DNA from: Psammoneis japonica | Lineage: Eukaryota | DNA: 64,000 bases | Reading direction: 5' to 3' | NCBI GenBank assembly: GCA_008632985.1 | Contig: QPGO01000056.1 | Location: 124,001-188,000 of the forward strand | Shown here: piece after piece, positions 11,301 to 25,100 of the stretch | Numbering within the stretch: the first letter of the stretch is position 1 | How the letters are laid out: each line of letters opens with the position of its first letter | The notes under the pieces: generated by a model | The model's input: the letters and a program-made list of their open reading frames with translations, nothing else | The model's database searches: none | Told to the model about the DNA's origin: nothing | Program-made: the position numbers and the translations under genes

Positions 11301-14300
11301 CATGCACGAAGGCAAGGCTCTCCGTCCTCCGTAAAGTTCCATTCAATGACATGAAAGGAGCACTTCGGGAGTTCCAGCTCGTGTCCTGCTGTGTTCAGCA
11401 GGTCGCCCAAAGTTGATTGTCTTGCTGCAACATTTTGAATGCCAACTCCAAGCCATCAGGCTGGGGGGATGCTGTGAAGTCATTCACCTGCTTGGATGTG
11501 TCATCCACGCATCCTCGGTTGTAGATCTTGAGTGACACGGAGTGATCAGGAGACTCAAAGAAAGCTCCGTGAGCTTTTTGGTCGAAGAGATCAAACAAAC
11601 TGTCACACACCTGGTTCCAGCACAGTGGAGAGTTTCCACTGCCTTGTCCTGTGCCGTAGATGGGAAAATCCAAAGAGTGGGAGCAAGAGGCAGGAGACAA
11701 CCCAATGGCTGTTTTCAGCCAGCACCGAGCTTGTAGGAGGGCAGATGCAGCTGACTTTGTCACTGTTTTGGGCATGCCGTTGCTTCGACTTTGAGCGCTG
11801 TAGAGCAGGAATGTTCCTGTTGCAGCAGGAGGCACAGTCGCCGTCACTGTGGACAGCCATTTTCCAAGACACCCTGCTGATTTCCAACATCAGTTCTTCC
11901 AAACATGCTGGGACGTCAGCATGCAGGAAAGGACGTGCACCGTAAATGCCTGGGTTGCACAATTTGCGATGCTCCATGTTCTGAGCCAACGAACGCCCAT
12001 GGGACACTTGAGATCAGTTGGAAATCTGCCTCGCAGATGTGAATGACGTGCAACCGGTGAATCTTGTTGTTGCCCGCTTCCTTGAATGTCATCACGTTCA
12101 CAGTGTCCCTCCATCGGTCACAGGAATGTCCCCAGCGCAAGGCGCAATTGAGCAAATTAAGCCGGATTTGCATCAAGGTCTGCTGAGCAGCATCCAGGCA
12201 GATGCATGCATCCGTTGGATCTCCGTCCTTTGTCTTGGCGCGTGAATGAGTGTGGGAAGCATGCATGGCCTTCCAGTGACCGAGGTGCAATCCCGACTTG
12301 ATGGACACAGAGGCAGTTTCCTTCCATGACTTCAACTTACCCTCCAAATCATTGGCCGTGAGACAAGAGGAGACGGCAACAGGTGAACGACGTTCGAGGT
12401 GCTGAACAAAATGAGACATGGCCTCATTGAGTTGGGTGGTGTCGCATTCGCCGTCTAAGATGAGATCAGCGAAAATCGTGTCTGCCTTGCACCGAGGTCG
12501 ACGGACAGTGGAGGAACAGCAGGTGGAGCACCGTGTGCTTGACCAAAATGGCGTTGGTTGCGGTGGCGGATGGCTGAGGCCACATCGTCTGGGGCATCAA
12601 TGGCGACCCAGTCCTCACACTCTTTTGGATTCACCACTGGGTTCCGGGGTGCCTGCATGCTGTTGACACCATTGTCGCTGTCCAATTTGCAGCATTCAAT
12701 CTTACGGAAAAGTTTCTTGGTTTCTTTGGCCTTGCGGACATTCCTGATGATCTTCACTTTGCATTTGGACTCCTTGGTGCCTTCCAATTCAAGTGAAGCA
12801 ATCTTCTTGGCCATTTCATTTTCACGGTGTACGACGCTGTCGGCAGCAACTTGTCCACATTTGGCTTGGGCGGCGCGGAGCTCACACAGACAGTCCTCCA
12901 GGGTTTCCGGGATGACAAAGGAACCTTGCAGCTTGTCTCGGATGGTGCGGATGTGGCTGCCTTGATCCAGGCGAGTGTGCATCATTGAGACCACTCGGCT
13001 GAGAACATGCACCCGATGCCGCAGTTGTGACAATTCTGCTGACCACTCTGGTTCTCTGTGGATCCGACACTTCTTCGCAGCAGCCAAAGAGAACTGCAAC
13101 ATGTCTCAATCTAACCTTTCTGCCAGTTTGTGATCGGGGACGGCTTGATCAAGTGGTGCCTGTGAGCGAGCCAACATGTGTCTGCCAGCTGACATTGGTC
13201 CGATGGCGTCCAAGCAGGTTGTCACTTGGGGTTGAGATGAAGACTGGGCATCCCTGCAGCTGGCCTTGGGCAAGTCAACGGCAGGATTCCCAAACAAGGC
13301 CATTGTGTCAAAGTCCACGATATGAGCATGATGGTCTGACATGGTGCGACAACTGAAAGCTTCATGTCCGCCAAACCTGGCAGCAGACAAAGCACCGGGT
13401 GCAGCAAGCACGAAGTCCAGGCGTTTCCGTCCTCGCGTGCATGTGGAAAATTCATTGCTGCCCATCAAATTATGTGACACATCCGAAAGGGTAAAACGCT
13501 GGGCGAGGGAGGCGAGTGTGTCTGTGTCCATCAAGAAATTGGTGTTGAAATCTCCGCAAACGATGACTTCGCGATTGGAGTGACCAAGAACTCTTGCAGG
13601 TGACGAGATAAATCTGCACAAAAGGCCTTCCTGGGGTCGACAGACTGTCTGCCATTTTGTTGTAGAAGGGCTGCTTGTTGTGCATGAGCCGCAGTCTTTC
13701 CAGGGGTCCTTTGATTTTTTTCACAAACTCTGCAGCACGAAATGAACATGACTTGCTTGCCGTTGCATCCGTCAAACATCTGAGTGGACCAACGGCCCAA
13801 TGGGTCTGATTCTTGGCTGCGGCATCGTGCTGAGATGGAGTTCCCCGACAAGAGGGCCGCACCACCAGGTTTGTGCTGAGCAGTGAAGGGGGTTGAGCTG
13901 CATGAGAAGGTGCCGCGTCCATTGGAAATTGCACTGTAGACAGCAGATCGACACACTGACAGAATGTCATGCTGCGCAGTGTCCAGACACACTTCCAAAA
14001 TGCCCACGACGTCTGCTTGGATCTCATTTGCCATTTGACAATGCTCACGGATGTCACCGCCTCTTTTGTCCAATTTACAACCGTCAGCATTGAATGCATG
14101 CAGACGAGTGAGATGGGGCAGCTCAGGACAAAGATCATCACCAACAGGATCATTTGATGTCAGCTGAGAAAAGTCAACACTTCGAGCGCTTGACGCACCA
14201 TTGCTGGTGCCGTTCAAGAGCAATTGCCATTCGTTGACACGGATGCACTGATGGAGTCACTGCTCATGTTGGGCCACACTCCTCCGAGGAGAAGACTGGG

Positions 14301-16234
14301 GCTCAGAGCTCTGACTGTCAGGTGATGCAGCGCCGCAGGAGAATTTGCGGTGCTTGGCAGTGCGGCGGAACAAATGGGAGATGGTGAGGGACTCGTTTGC
14401 AGGAGATGAGATGTCGGGTGGATGCCTGATTGTTTGAGGGGGTGGAGGTGGCAAAGTCCAACCCCTGTCTAAAAATCCTTCTCCTTGTCACGTGAATCAG
14501 CCGAGCGATCCGGTGTGTCCATGTGATTTGGACGTTTCCTTGCAGATGTTTGGGTTGGATGATTTGCTTGGAGCAGGTGGACTGTCTGATTCATCTGGTC
14601 CTGCACACCCGCAAGTTGTTGAGAGCACTGAGCATGTAAAGCTGCGATGTCCTGCGCGTGTTGTTGTGTGAATGCATTGTCAATCGCCTCCATGTCTCGT
14701 GAGTGTTGAGAACGTAAATCCTCCAAAGCTCTCTGGTTTTCTCTTGCATCTGAGACATGTTGCGTTGGACGTCTGCCAGCTGAACAGAGGGGCAATGGAG
14801 CTGGCGGTGGACTGTGTGGCCTGTGCATGTGAGTGCGGAGGAGAAATCATGCTGGGGCAACTGGAACATCCGGGCAGCGAGGGCAAGTTCTGGGAGTGCT
14901 GGGTGCAGATGTGGGGAGGAACAGCTGATCCTTGTTGAGCACCACGGCCGGGGAAGCCTCGACCTCTGCCATCACATCCACGGCCCGCCGATTGCAAGTG
15001 GTGGGTGTTGATGATTGCCTGAAGCGTTGTTGTCTGTCAAAGGTGAGACATCAGAAAAGGTGAGAAACTCTAAACTGCGGATGCTGGCCAATGCAATGGA
15101 CTTGCCAGTGTCCGACATGTCTTCCATCATGCCAGAAACTTGAGGAGGATCCTTAAAGAGTGGGGTGGGATGGGCTTCTTTCGAAATTGTTGGGATGAGA
15201 TTCATGTCGCACGTGGAAATGGCGGCCCTGGCAGAGTTGAACTCAAGACAGTTGACAAGGACATTGCAGCGGCCGGCAATGGCACTTGATGGGAAGATCG
15301 CTTTCACGTCCTTCAATGCCTTGAGCTGACTCTCAAAATGGAGCATGATGTCCGGAGCAGTGTTCAGCAGTGGAACGACGAAAGCATCTTCGTTCCGATG
15401 AGCTTGGATTTTGACCGCATTGCAAAAGGTGAGGGGGGAGATGTGCCGGGTCTTGGCCATGACAATGTGTGTTGGGAACTTTTCGGACACATGAAGCAAG
15501 GCCTTCCCGGCCGAGCGACAGTCTTCCATCAACACCTCAACAGCGAAGGCAGCAGCACGTGGGGGAGGAGCAAGACCTTTGTTGTTGGCACGAATGGAGG
15601 TGGGCACCAACCTGAACTTTGGCATTTTTGTCTGGCATTTCCCAAGATCACGGAGGAACATTTTTGCAGCTTCGTCGACTGGAGCATGTTTAGTCGCGGC
15701 AGCAATGTGGCATGCTGGGGAGGCCGTTTCGACATCTGATTCGTTCCAACAATGATGTTTCACACCCATGTTGTTAGAATCCAAAATGCTCTGGATGTGA
15801 GGATGAGAGCGAACGTCACAAAGAGGAATTTTTGCAAGGATCCGGTGGCACAGGCGGTGAGTCACGGGACGTTTTTCACCTTTTCGAGTCATTGAAATGA
15901 CGAAGTGTCTTTCGCATTGAAGAGAAGACACCCATTCGGCCACGTTGACGTGGGCAATTTGGTTGTTGTCATTGTCCATGATCTTTGCGTCCTTGTGGCA
16001 GGTGAAGAGAATTTGTTGAAGAACCTGCAAATGAGCGGCAACAAGAGTCGCTGGCTTGCACGATGCTTCTGGGCCACTGATGTCGAAACGAAGGGCAACT
16101 TCCTCAAACTGATGCTTGGTCGGTTTGGAGGAAGGCTTGATGGATGATTGGTCGACAGTGATGTCATCGGCCACAGTCGTGTCATGACGACAGGAAGGGG
16201 TGTGGCTGCCGTCAGCGACGGAAGAAGATGCCAT
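8371..16234 (-). mobile_element. Large non-LTR retrotransposon (LINE, Ambal-like): ORF1 (16234-~14470) and ORF2 with APE, RT, RNase H and CCHC; pseudogenised
   Basis: APE motifs GDFN, RLDFVL, SDH. RT motifs YGTGQGSGNSP, GCVDD, LELPKC. RNase H motifs SDGS, SHRAEACG, QWVKGHQD. Zn finger CVHC..EDRDHILKC. Many frameshifts. UTR limits uncertain (probably ~7500-16520). Confidence 0.9.
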
Positions 16235-17085
16235 GGTGGTTGGCTGTTCTGCGGGGAACCTGGCGTTGAAAATGCTCAGGCACTTTCAGCTGGAATGCGC
16301 GCAGAATTGTGTGGACAGATGGACAGATGGACGATGGCAAGAGGCCATGTCAGTTTCCCTCATTGTGTTTGGCGGACTGCCGGTGATGATGGGATCAGTT
16401 GCGTCGACCCAACATGGGCCGACAATGCTGAAAATTCTTCCCACCCAGCCCAGCCCTCTGTCCACACAGTGTTGGGGAACAAAATGGACGGAATCAGAAC
16501 CACAGATTTGTTCCCTGTTTTCTAGGCTACTGTCTCAGCAGCACCACACGAATGTACATGCTCGTATGTGTTTCTAGAAGTGTGCATTAGATACATTCGT
16601 GTGTTGATTGTTGCGTCCATTCGGTGGCTTGCACCGAAGCGAGGACGAAGGACGAACTGAACACGAACATCCCTGCGCGCGCGCGCTGCATGCATGTTGT
16701 ACGGTATGCACAGGTATGCATGCATCACGCATCAGGCACAAATAATAAATCAGGCACGACGATGACGGGCCGGCATCACACTCTCACATCATACAACACA
16801 TGGGGAGCTTAAACACCAATGAGAGTACGGTATGATGCCGGCATACCTTCGTCACAAACTTATGGCTTGCTGTTTTCACCACGGTGAAGCACGGTGAAAT
16901 TCGTAAAAACTTCATACACCGCGGGAACCGCGAACCGACAAGTGATATTGAACAGGATGCACCTTCTTCCTATATTCTGCACCCGCTCATAAGCATGCTT
17001 AGATGTGTTGAAAACGGGTTCTCCGAGCTTGTCAATATCATGTCTCACACATTCAAAAAGTGTGAGAGACAAGACGAACCACGTC

Positions 17086-18619
17086 ATGATGAAAACTGTG
17101 TGCAGTCATCTCGCATCACTTGCGATCATCTTGGCGGCCTTCTCGTCTGGAGAAGCTTCAGGTGCGAGGAATGTTCGAAAGTTCAGAGTTCAAGATGTCT
17201 GTGCGTTTTCTTGCAGTTCTCTTTCTCACACTTCTTTTCGTTATGTTTCCGTCTTCGTATTGCCGCAGATGTCGCGACAATGCCAGAGCTTACTGAGGAA
17301 GCACCAGAGAACGAATCAAGAAAGCTTAGAAATTCTGCGGTAAGAATGAAAGATGAAGGACCAAATGCGTCCCTGCATTGATGCACTCTAATTGTTCTCA
17401 TACCGGTACTTCTTCTTCTTACTCTCAAACGTCCTGCACGGACAGCTCTACCGTATTGGAGCTTGTTGCTTTCCTAATCTGGGGAATACTTGTGGCATTG
17501 CCAATGAAGCCGACTGTCTTGCTGCACAGTGACTATTCCAGGGCGATAATACCGAGTGCAACGAAGATGCAACTTGTCCCGTTGTTGCCAATCAACGGAA
17601 TGATGAAGCATTGTGTGGCGAACCAACCTACAATAAGAGAAAGGACTTTGGAGTTTTTCTTTGGCGAAAGTGTTTTTCCAACGAGTGGTACCTACAAGCC
17701 GCCGGTGGTAAACAGCCCGTGTCAATCAATGGCACGCTGGTTGCAGATACATCCCATCAACAAGAAGGCCGTCGGTGTTGAGCTAAACAAGGATTTCACA
17801 ATCAATGTCGCGAAGAAAAAGAAGGATGGATTCAATTTCGTTGTCAAGGATGATGGGAGGGGATGTTTGACTATCAAGTCGCCCGAAGATATTCCCCTTT
17901 ACGTTGGTAAGGATCGGGTGGAGCTTGCTACCAAATCCATAAGTGTCCCTGGCTTCAAGCCTTGCGATGGACCGATTCTCGAATACCGCTTTGATTCATC
18001 CAACACCATCTACAAGGACACGGGATCTAATGGATGGGACGGTGTCAGCGTCGGAGGCAGAAGTGGGATAGACTACACCAGTTTAGGTCACTCCAAGTAC
18101 GGCGCCAGCCTTGATGGGAGGAGGAACAACATGATTATCTCCGAATCGAAGGACCTGAAAATGGAGAAGTACTCCATGATGGCGTGGGTTCGGTATACTG
18201 AAACTACAAACGCTGTGAATTCATATGTGATTGCCCACAAAACGGGAGTAATTTGGTTCACCATCAATAAGGAAACTCGTGCAGCGAGGTTCGGGGGCTT
18301 CTTTGGTGGTTGTGCTCGCAAAAACAAGGTAGCGGTCAAGGGTACCAAAGTAATTCCTACAGAGTCATGGACCCACATTGCTGCAACTAATAATGGTGAT
18401 ACCTTGAAGCTCTACATCAATGGAGAACTAGACGGCGAGGTTGACATCGGTACCAAAGCTCCCTACTGTTACAATCAGGCACCATTTAGCATTGGCGCCT
18501 CGGTGGGAGAGACTCGATCGGGCGATCGGGACTTTTTTCGAGGGCAAATGGACACGGTCCGCATCTACGATAAGGATCTCAGTCAAGATGAAATACGTTC
18601 CGAAATGTTTCGCCATTAG
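17086..18619 (+). pseudogene. Secreted protein with a GACC Cys-rich module and a C-terminal LamG/concanavalin-like domain; disrupted
   Basis: Signal peptide from ATG 17086. Introns 17162-17268 and 17340-17445 are in phase. In-frame TGA at 17530-17532 and a frameshift near 17752. LamG motifs WTHIAAT..G..LKLYING and FRGQMDTVRIYDKDLS. Confidence 0.7.
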
Positions 18620-19149
18620 TTACACGGAATGGTTTCTGTAGAATGGTGCTAGGCTGTAGTCCCTGTAGTTATGATGTGTTGCCAAAAAATGAAGGAGTGT
18701 TTCCTATTTTTTTTAGTCTTCGGTAGAGACAGTCTCAAAAAGCTTTTTGTCTACATCATAATACACACCCACACACACCTTCTCAAACTATTAGTACAGC
18801 ATAGCATGCGGTGCCCGCCAAGGCAAAGATAACATGAAAAAAGACAGTCCCTTTTGAGAAAATTGGTCACGGCGGACTCTGTCATGTCGACGTGCTCGGT
18901 TTCGTAAAGGATTGTACTGTATGTAATTACTGACAAAGTACAAAGATCAACGAAAAGGAAGAACGTTTGGCAAAAGCAGACTCGAAACTCTCGCTCCAAG
19001 CAATGAACGCTGTTGGAAAATGAAACAACGAGGAAACCTGAAATCCGTTCCGAAATGTACCGCATCTTGGGCCCCCAGTCTCTCTAGTAGAGACACTTGG
19101 GGTGTTGTAATTGTTCGAAACGGTGCATGTCAGACTGAAAGATACAACC

Positions 19150-22100
19150 GCTGCAGCCAGTTGAGTCAGCGCATGTCATTTTCTCAGACAACAATTGTTG
19201 CAATTTTAAATTTTGTGTGGTGCGGGTCGTGTGATTTCGACCACTCTTGCTTTGTTCCTAAGCTGGTCTCCACAATTGCATGACAATTGTCTCTGATGCA
19301 CAATCTCCACAGTCTTTCTGATGCAACGATCACAACAGCAAGAAGCGGTGTGGTTCACGAGGCTTCTAACATGTTGACAAAAGATTTTGAATCACCAGAA
19401 CAAGCAGACGAACACCCCATCACCTGCTTCTTCAGAGGTTTGGACAACACTCTGGTGCTGCCATCATGTCACCACACACAGAACTGCTGCTCTGAGCATG
19501 CTGGTCAGCTCTGTGGTGCTTCCTTCTGTCACCTCAATTTGGAGCAGGAGATGGCTGCATTGGCAGCCAGGCGGCCAGGCGGAGAACTCCATTCAAAGCT
19601 TTGCTGCATTTTTTTGTTGGCTCCTGTCTCTCTGTGCTGATCTAAAAACATCCTCTGCTGCAAAGGGTTTGGCAGCTTTGCCAATGCTTGGCCATGAAAA
19701 ACATTCTGCTTTCAATGCAGAAAAACCTGAACAAAACAAACAGGATTTTCCACATGGGGCATCAGGAGCGAACAGCTCATTTGCCCCCCCCCCCCCCCTT
19801 CTGGCTGGAATTGACATAATTTGAGCAGGATTTTAGTTGGTTTGTCACACACAGATGTGTGTGCTCTTGGCTCTGGCTCTGCATGCATTGCTGTGAGATG
19901 CAGCTTTGCTCTCAAGCCACTCAGCTCATGAGAACAACAAGGCTCAACAGCAGTGCCAACATCATGGCACACGTCTTTTGGGCTCCTGCAATGGTCTCTG
20001 CACGGAGACTCATCTGCCATTTAGACAGCAGCAAGGATTTGTCATTTTCTTCCACTTCAGTTTCTGTCAGATTGACAGTCTTGCTCATTTTCATTCATTG
20101 AGCATTTGTCATTGTCGTCAACAAATTTTCAATGACGCACATTGCATTGGTCAAAACAACATGTCAAAACTCCCTCATTGCTGAACACATTTGGATTGGA
20201 TCAGTGTCTTCTGATCCATTCAGAGTCCCTCATCATCAGATGTGTCTGTTCAACCGATGGTCAATCAATCAGGAATGTCCGCATTTTTTCAATGTCTGAG
20301 GTTCTGAATTCCCTGCATTGGCTCCTGCCCAGGTTGACAGACAGGCCAACCCATCACACACACATGCACGCATGCCTGCACCTTGACTGTGGTCTTGCTG
20401 CACATGTGCTGAGTCTGCTGCTCCACATCTGCCCTGGACTGGCTGGTCTTCTGCAGCTCCACAAGGTCTGCAAGGACAACTGTGAGAGGAAGCAGCTGTG
20501 ATTGCGGTCTGTGTTGGTGTTGAAGATGCGCTTTTCTGCACTTTTTTGTTTGTCCTCAGCATCTGATCAGGTCACCCAAATGACACACAAAAAAGAATAA
20601 TTTGGGGGACTTGTTCACCTCCAGTGAGCTTGCTTGCAGTGGTTTTTAGCCCATGCACACCACTTGCAAGTGACCCAAGAAAGTGCAGCCAGCTGCAAGT
20701 TCAGACATGCTGGCACAAGAGCTCTGTGGACTGGATGGGAAGCTCAGCACTCAACTGCAAATGCCGGGGTGGCATGACCCAGCGGCTTCTGATTCAGGAC
20801 ACACTTCAAGGTTTCAAGTCAAATTCAGTTCAAGTCAAGCTTGGCTTTTAGCTCCAGACTCTCTGCAGCTTCCTCAGTTGCACCGTGGTGCTCACCAGGC
20901 AGGCAACAACAAATTGACAACCTTGAGCACATTTTGGGCACTGTCCCAAACCAGGCTGAAGACAGCCCATTGTGCTCTGCCCTTGCCATTGATTCAATGG
21001 ACTTGTGCAAGGACCTCTTCACGTTTGCTCCTCAGGGCCAAATTGACTCTCCAGTTTATGATGACAGAACCAGCCAACTGCCTTTGCCACGTGGACACAA
21101 ATGCCTCCCAGTGGCATTGATCAGTTTCTGCACTGCAAAAGCATGCCAGGGCACTGACATTGGCAACAGCCCTTTCTTGTTCACGCTTGATGAATTTCAT
21201 GAATGTCATCTTGGTTCCGATTGTGATGGCATCCATCTCTTTTGGCATGGATGTCTGCTCCCATGTTTGGCTTGCTCCCTCCCAAACCATGTGACCCAGT
21301 GCGCAACTTCTGACAAGGTGTGAAATGTGATCCACTCACCTTTGAGACTCTCAAGTCTGACAAGCAGTGGCACATGTGGCACACCTCTGTCATTGTGCAG
21401 ACCCACTCCCAGGATGTTGACTGCACTCTTGATTTGATGCACAAGCCCTCTACACCCAAAGACAAGGTGCTGTTCACTGAACAATGGAAGCACATGTTTG
21501 CCATCTTTGAATGCATCTCACAAAATGACAAAGGCAGGGCACTTGTTCATGAACATGTGGACTCCTCTGATGCCCAAGCCATGTGATGCAAACTCTCTGA
21601 CTGAGTGTGCTCTTGCATCAACTCGTGCATCACTTGAGTCATCAACCCTTCTCAAGCACCTCACCACCACTCGCCTTGGTGATCACACTTGGAAGGGATC
21701 CACCCAGACCTTTGTGCTCCACTGGCAAGACCAGCTTCACAAGTGTGAGACCCTGATTCAGTCCTTGACCACTTCTCTGCTGGCCAGCAATGTGTCATGC
21801 CAGAGAATGCAGTCCACAATGCTGTTGAAGAACTCCGTTCCATCGAGAATCAAGCTGTGACCAATGTCGCACACAGAATGGCGCAAGCCTTTCCTGTGAA
21901 CAATGTTGCAGCCTGCTGCTTTCTGCAGCAGCACAGCATGACAGCACTTTTGCAACCAAGACAGCCTCCTGCACCCCATGCAGTGCTGTCTGCACCCATG
22001 ACCTGGCCCCTGGCAACCCTGATGATGACATCAACATTCTTCAGTCTTGTGCCTCATCCAAAATTTGTGGCCCCAGTCTCTCTGGAAAACAGCAGCATTG

Positions 22101-25100
22101 CATTCTGCTGGGTCACCAGCGCATCTGGGACACCCTGCCTCAGTCTTGGCTTGCTCATCCCTCCTGCCAGCAACTCCCGTGACTTGGCAGCTGTCAATGT
22201 TCACAACCTCTGCCTGGGGAGTGATGGCAATGTCAACTTGTCTCCCAACTCTCATTGCCTTGTGTTGGCTCCTGGATGACCAACAATGGATGCTGCTGAT
22301 GCACAGCTGATGATGACCCATCCTGGTGCACCACCTTAAAACACAAGCCTCTGCCACCCTGCGACATCCAACACCTGTTCAACCCAACAAATCATCTGGC
22401 AAGAAATCCACTGCACCCCCACCTGAAACTGCTGACAATGTCAAGATTGATGGCCACACGCATCATTCACAACAACCACAATGTTGTCTGCTCCACCTCC
22501 ACCCACAACTCAACATGCTCTGGTGCTCTGGTGGATTGCGGTGCCAATGGCAGAGTTGCTGGTGATGATGTTTGTGTTGTCATTTGTGCTGACCACCAAG
22601 TCAATGTGCAAGGCATTGACAATCATCAGCTGGTTGACATCCCCATTGTTGCTGCTGGTGGTGTCATTCCCACACAGCGTGGACCTGTCATCATCATCCT
22701 TCACCAGTGCACCTGCACTGGAAAGGGCAAGACCATGCACTCTTGCAGCCAGCTTGAGTGGTGAAAGCATGACATCAATGACCTGTCACTCAAGGTTCCC
22801 AACAGCCTGCACTGCATTGCCACCATTGACAGCTGCATCATCCCCATTGACATCAAAGAAGGTGGTCTGCCACACACTGGCATGTGTCTGCACACCAACA
22901 ACAAGTGGGACACTGTGCCCCATGTTGTTCTCACTGGCAATGACACCAACTGGGATCCATCTGTGCTTGACCACCAGTTGAACAATGATGACAACTGGCA
23001 CGATGCTGTGTCTGACCTTCAGGACGATCCCACCACCAACCTCTTTGACAAGTTTGGCAACTGTTGCCATTGCCGTGTCATGCACAGTGCAATGTTGGCT
23101 GACTCCATTCTCAATGTTCACATCCGGCTGACATGTCATGAGCATGATGTTGCCCCCAAGGATCCCAACTGCTGGTCCCTTTGCCTCCACTTTGGCTTCC
23201 TCCCACAAGACATGGTTCGTTGCATCTTTGACTGCATGACGCAGTGCACCTGCATGTTTGCTGCTGCATGTCTGAAGAAGGCATGCAAGTCAACCAATCC
23301 AGCTTTCAATGTTCACTGGTGCAATGAACTCATCATTGTCACTGATGCCGCATTCTCCAACACCCCCACCATTGACTCTGGGTGCATCAGGGTGCAGCTT
23401 TTTGTTGGCACACAGAATCTCTTGTCACTGATGTGCACAGCAACAAGACAGACAAGGAATTTGTCAACATGCTCAAAGACAACATCCACAACCATGGTGC
23501 TCCCTCCAAGAAGCTCATTGGCAATTGTGCTCAAGTTGACATTAGCAACAGGGTCCTTGGCATTCTCCATGCCCTCTTTGTGTCTGGTTGGCAGAGTGAA
23601 CCCCACCAACAGCACCAGAACTTTGCCAAGCAGTGCCACCAAACTGCAAAAAACATGGCCAACACCATCATGGATTGCTTCGGCTCCACGGCCCACACCT
23701 GGTTGCTCACCCTGATGTTTGTGTGCTTCTTGCTCAACCACACAGCATCTGCCAAGCTTTGCTGGTGCACTCCCACCAAAGTGCTGAGTGGCTCCACTCC
23801 TGACATCAGCCACCTCCTCCATTTTCAGTGGTGGGAACCCGTGTGCTGTCACCTGGATGATTCCAACTGGCTGTCCAAATCCCGTGAATTACGTGGTTGC
23901 TTTGTTGGCATTGCCAAACATGCAGGTCACCAAATGACATTCAAGATTCTTTCTGATGACACTCAGAAGATTCTCTGCCAGTCCAACGTGCATTCCACAC
24001 CATGTCACAAGTGCACTGCTCTCTGGAAGTTCCATCACATTCTCTCACACAAAGGGCCATTGAGACCTCCTGACTCTTCTTGGAAAGGCTCAAGCTGCAA
24101 TGTCATGCTTGAATGGGAGAGCAGGGAGATCACATCCAAACCTCTTGCCATCATTGCCAAGGATGACACCATCACTTGTGCCATCTGCACATGCAAGAAT
24201 GGTCTCCTCAACACTGAAGGACAGAAATGCTTCTGTGCCAAAGAGTGGCACAGTTGCCCCTGGCTGGGGGGCTTTGGTGGGTTGTGCCAAACTGGGATGA
24301 GGAGGCTGGTTTTTTGTGCCACAGAGGTTGTGCAGGGCAACAGCAGAGCAGATGAGCTGTTGATGGGTGAAGCAGTCAATTGCACTAAGGTGATTGGCAG
24401 AGAATGGCAGGGTGCAAATCCCAGCAAGGTTGGGGTGGTCAGCAATCACAGAGGGCTGCGTTGTGTCTGTGGTTGTGGCGTGCCTCAGCAAGTGGTGTGG
24501 GTTGTTGACAGAAGAGGCAGGCCAGCCAGGAGAAGGATGAGCAAGGGGGTTGATGACAGCTGTGTCAAGAATGGCAAGGCAGGCATGGTGGGTGGGAGAG
24601 TGAGCCATGCACCAGCGCGCCAGCACGGCACTCTCAAGAAGGGCAAATGAGGAGGGAGCGCAGGTTGGCGGGCTCATGGTGCACAGTGGAGGAGTCACAG
24701 CAAATGCCAGAGAGGGGGGGCAACAGTCTGAAGGACAGCAAAGAGGGCATTGCAGATGTTCTTGTTGTTGGAGGGCTTGTGCTGCTGTGGGGAGAGGAGA
24801 GCAAGAGCACAGCCCCTGGTGGCATGTTGCTTGGCTGGCTTGCCTTGCACAGGAAGGACTCTGTGATGTGGTTGGTCAGTGGTGGGGAACAATCAGAAGG
24901 GAGAGCTTGTGTCACAGCATAAAGCAAAATGGATCAAAGGAGAGCCACTGCCCTGTGTGACAGAGGCAGCCAGAGAGCACTCAGGGCAGGAGGCTTGCAC
25001 AGAACAAAGAGGGGGGCGGGCGGGGGTGCTGGTGTCGGCGGGGCTTGAGCGACCTGAGGGGGGCCATTTTGGCACAGAGTGTCAAGTTGGTGTTGGATGT

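Larger units (their letters stand above)
4990..16520. repeat. TpA-depleted repeat island 1 (unknown repeat, piggyBac relic, LINE)
   Basis: TA is nearly absent, TG/CA is in excess, and long ORFs are almost Tyr-free. Confidence 0.9.

Noticed and set aside
8371..16234. Alternative genetic code or recoding in the elements
   Set aside because: Tyr is replaced by both Cys and His, non-coding parts also lack TA, and the frames are broken. This fits mutation, not recoding.
17530..17532. In-frame TGA as selenocysteine
   Set aside because: The position fits Gly in a G.FQG motif, a frameshift follows, and I recognised no SECIS element.
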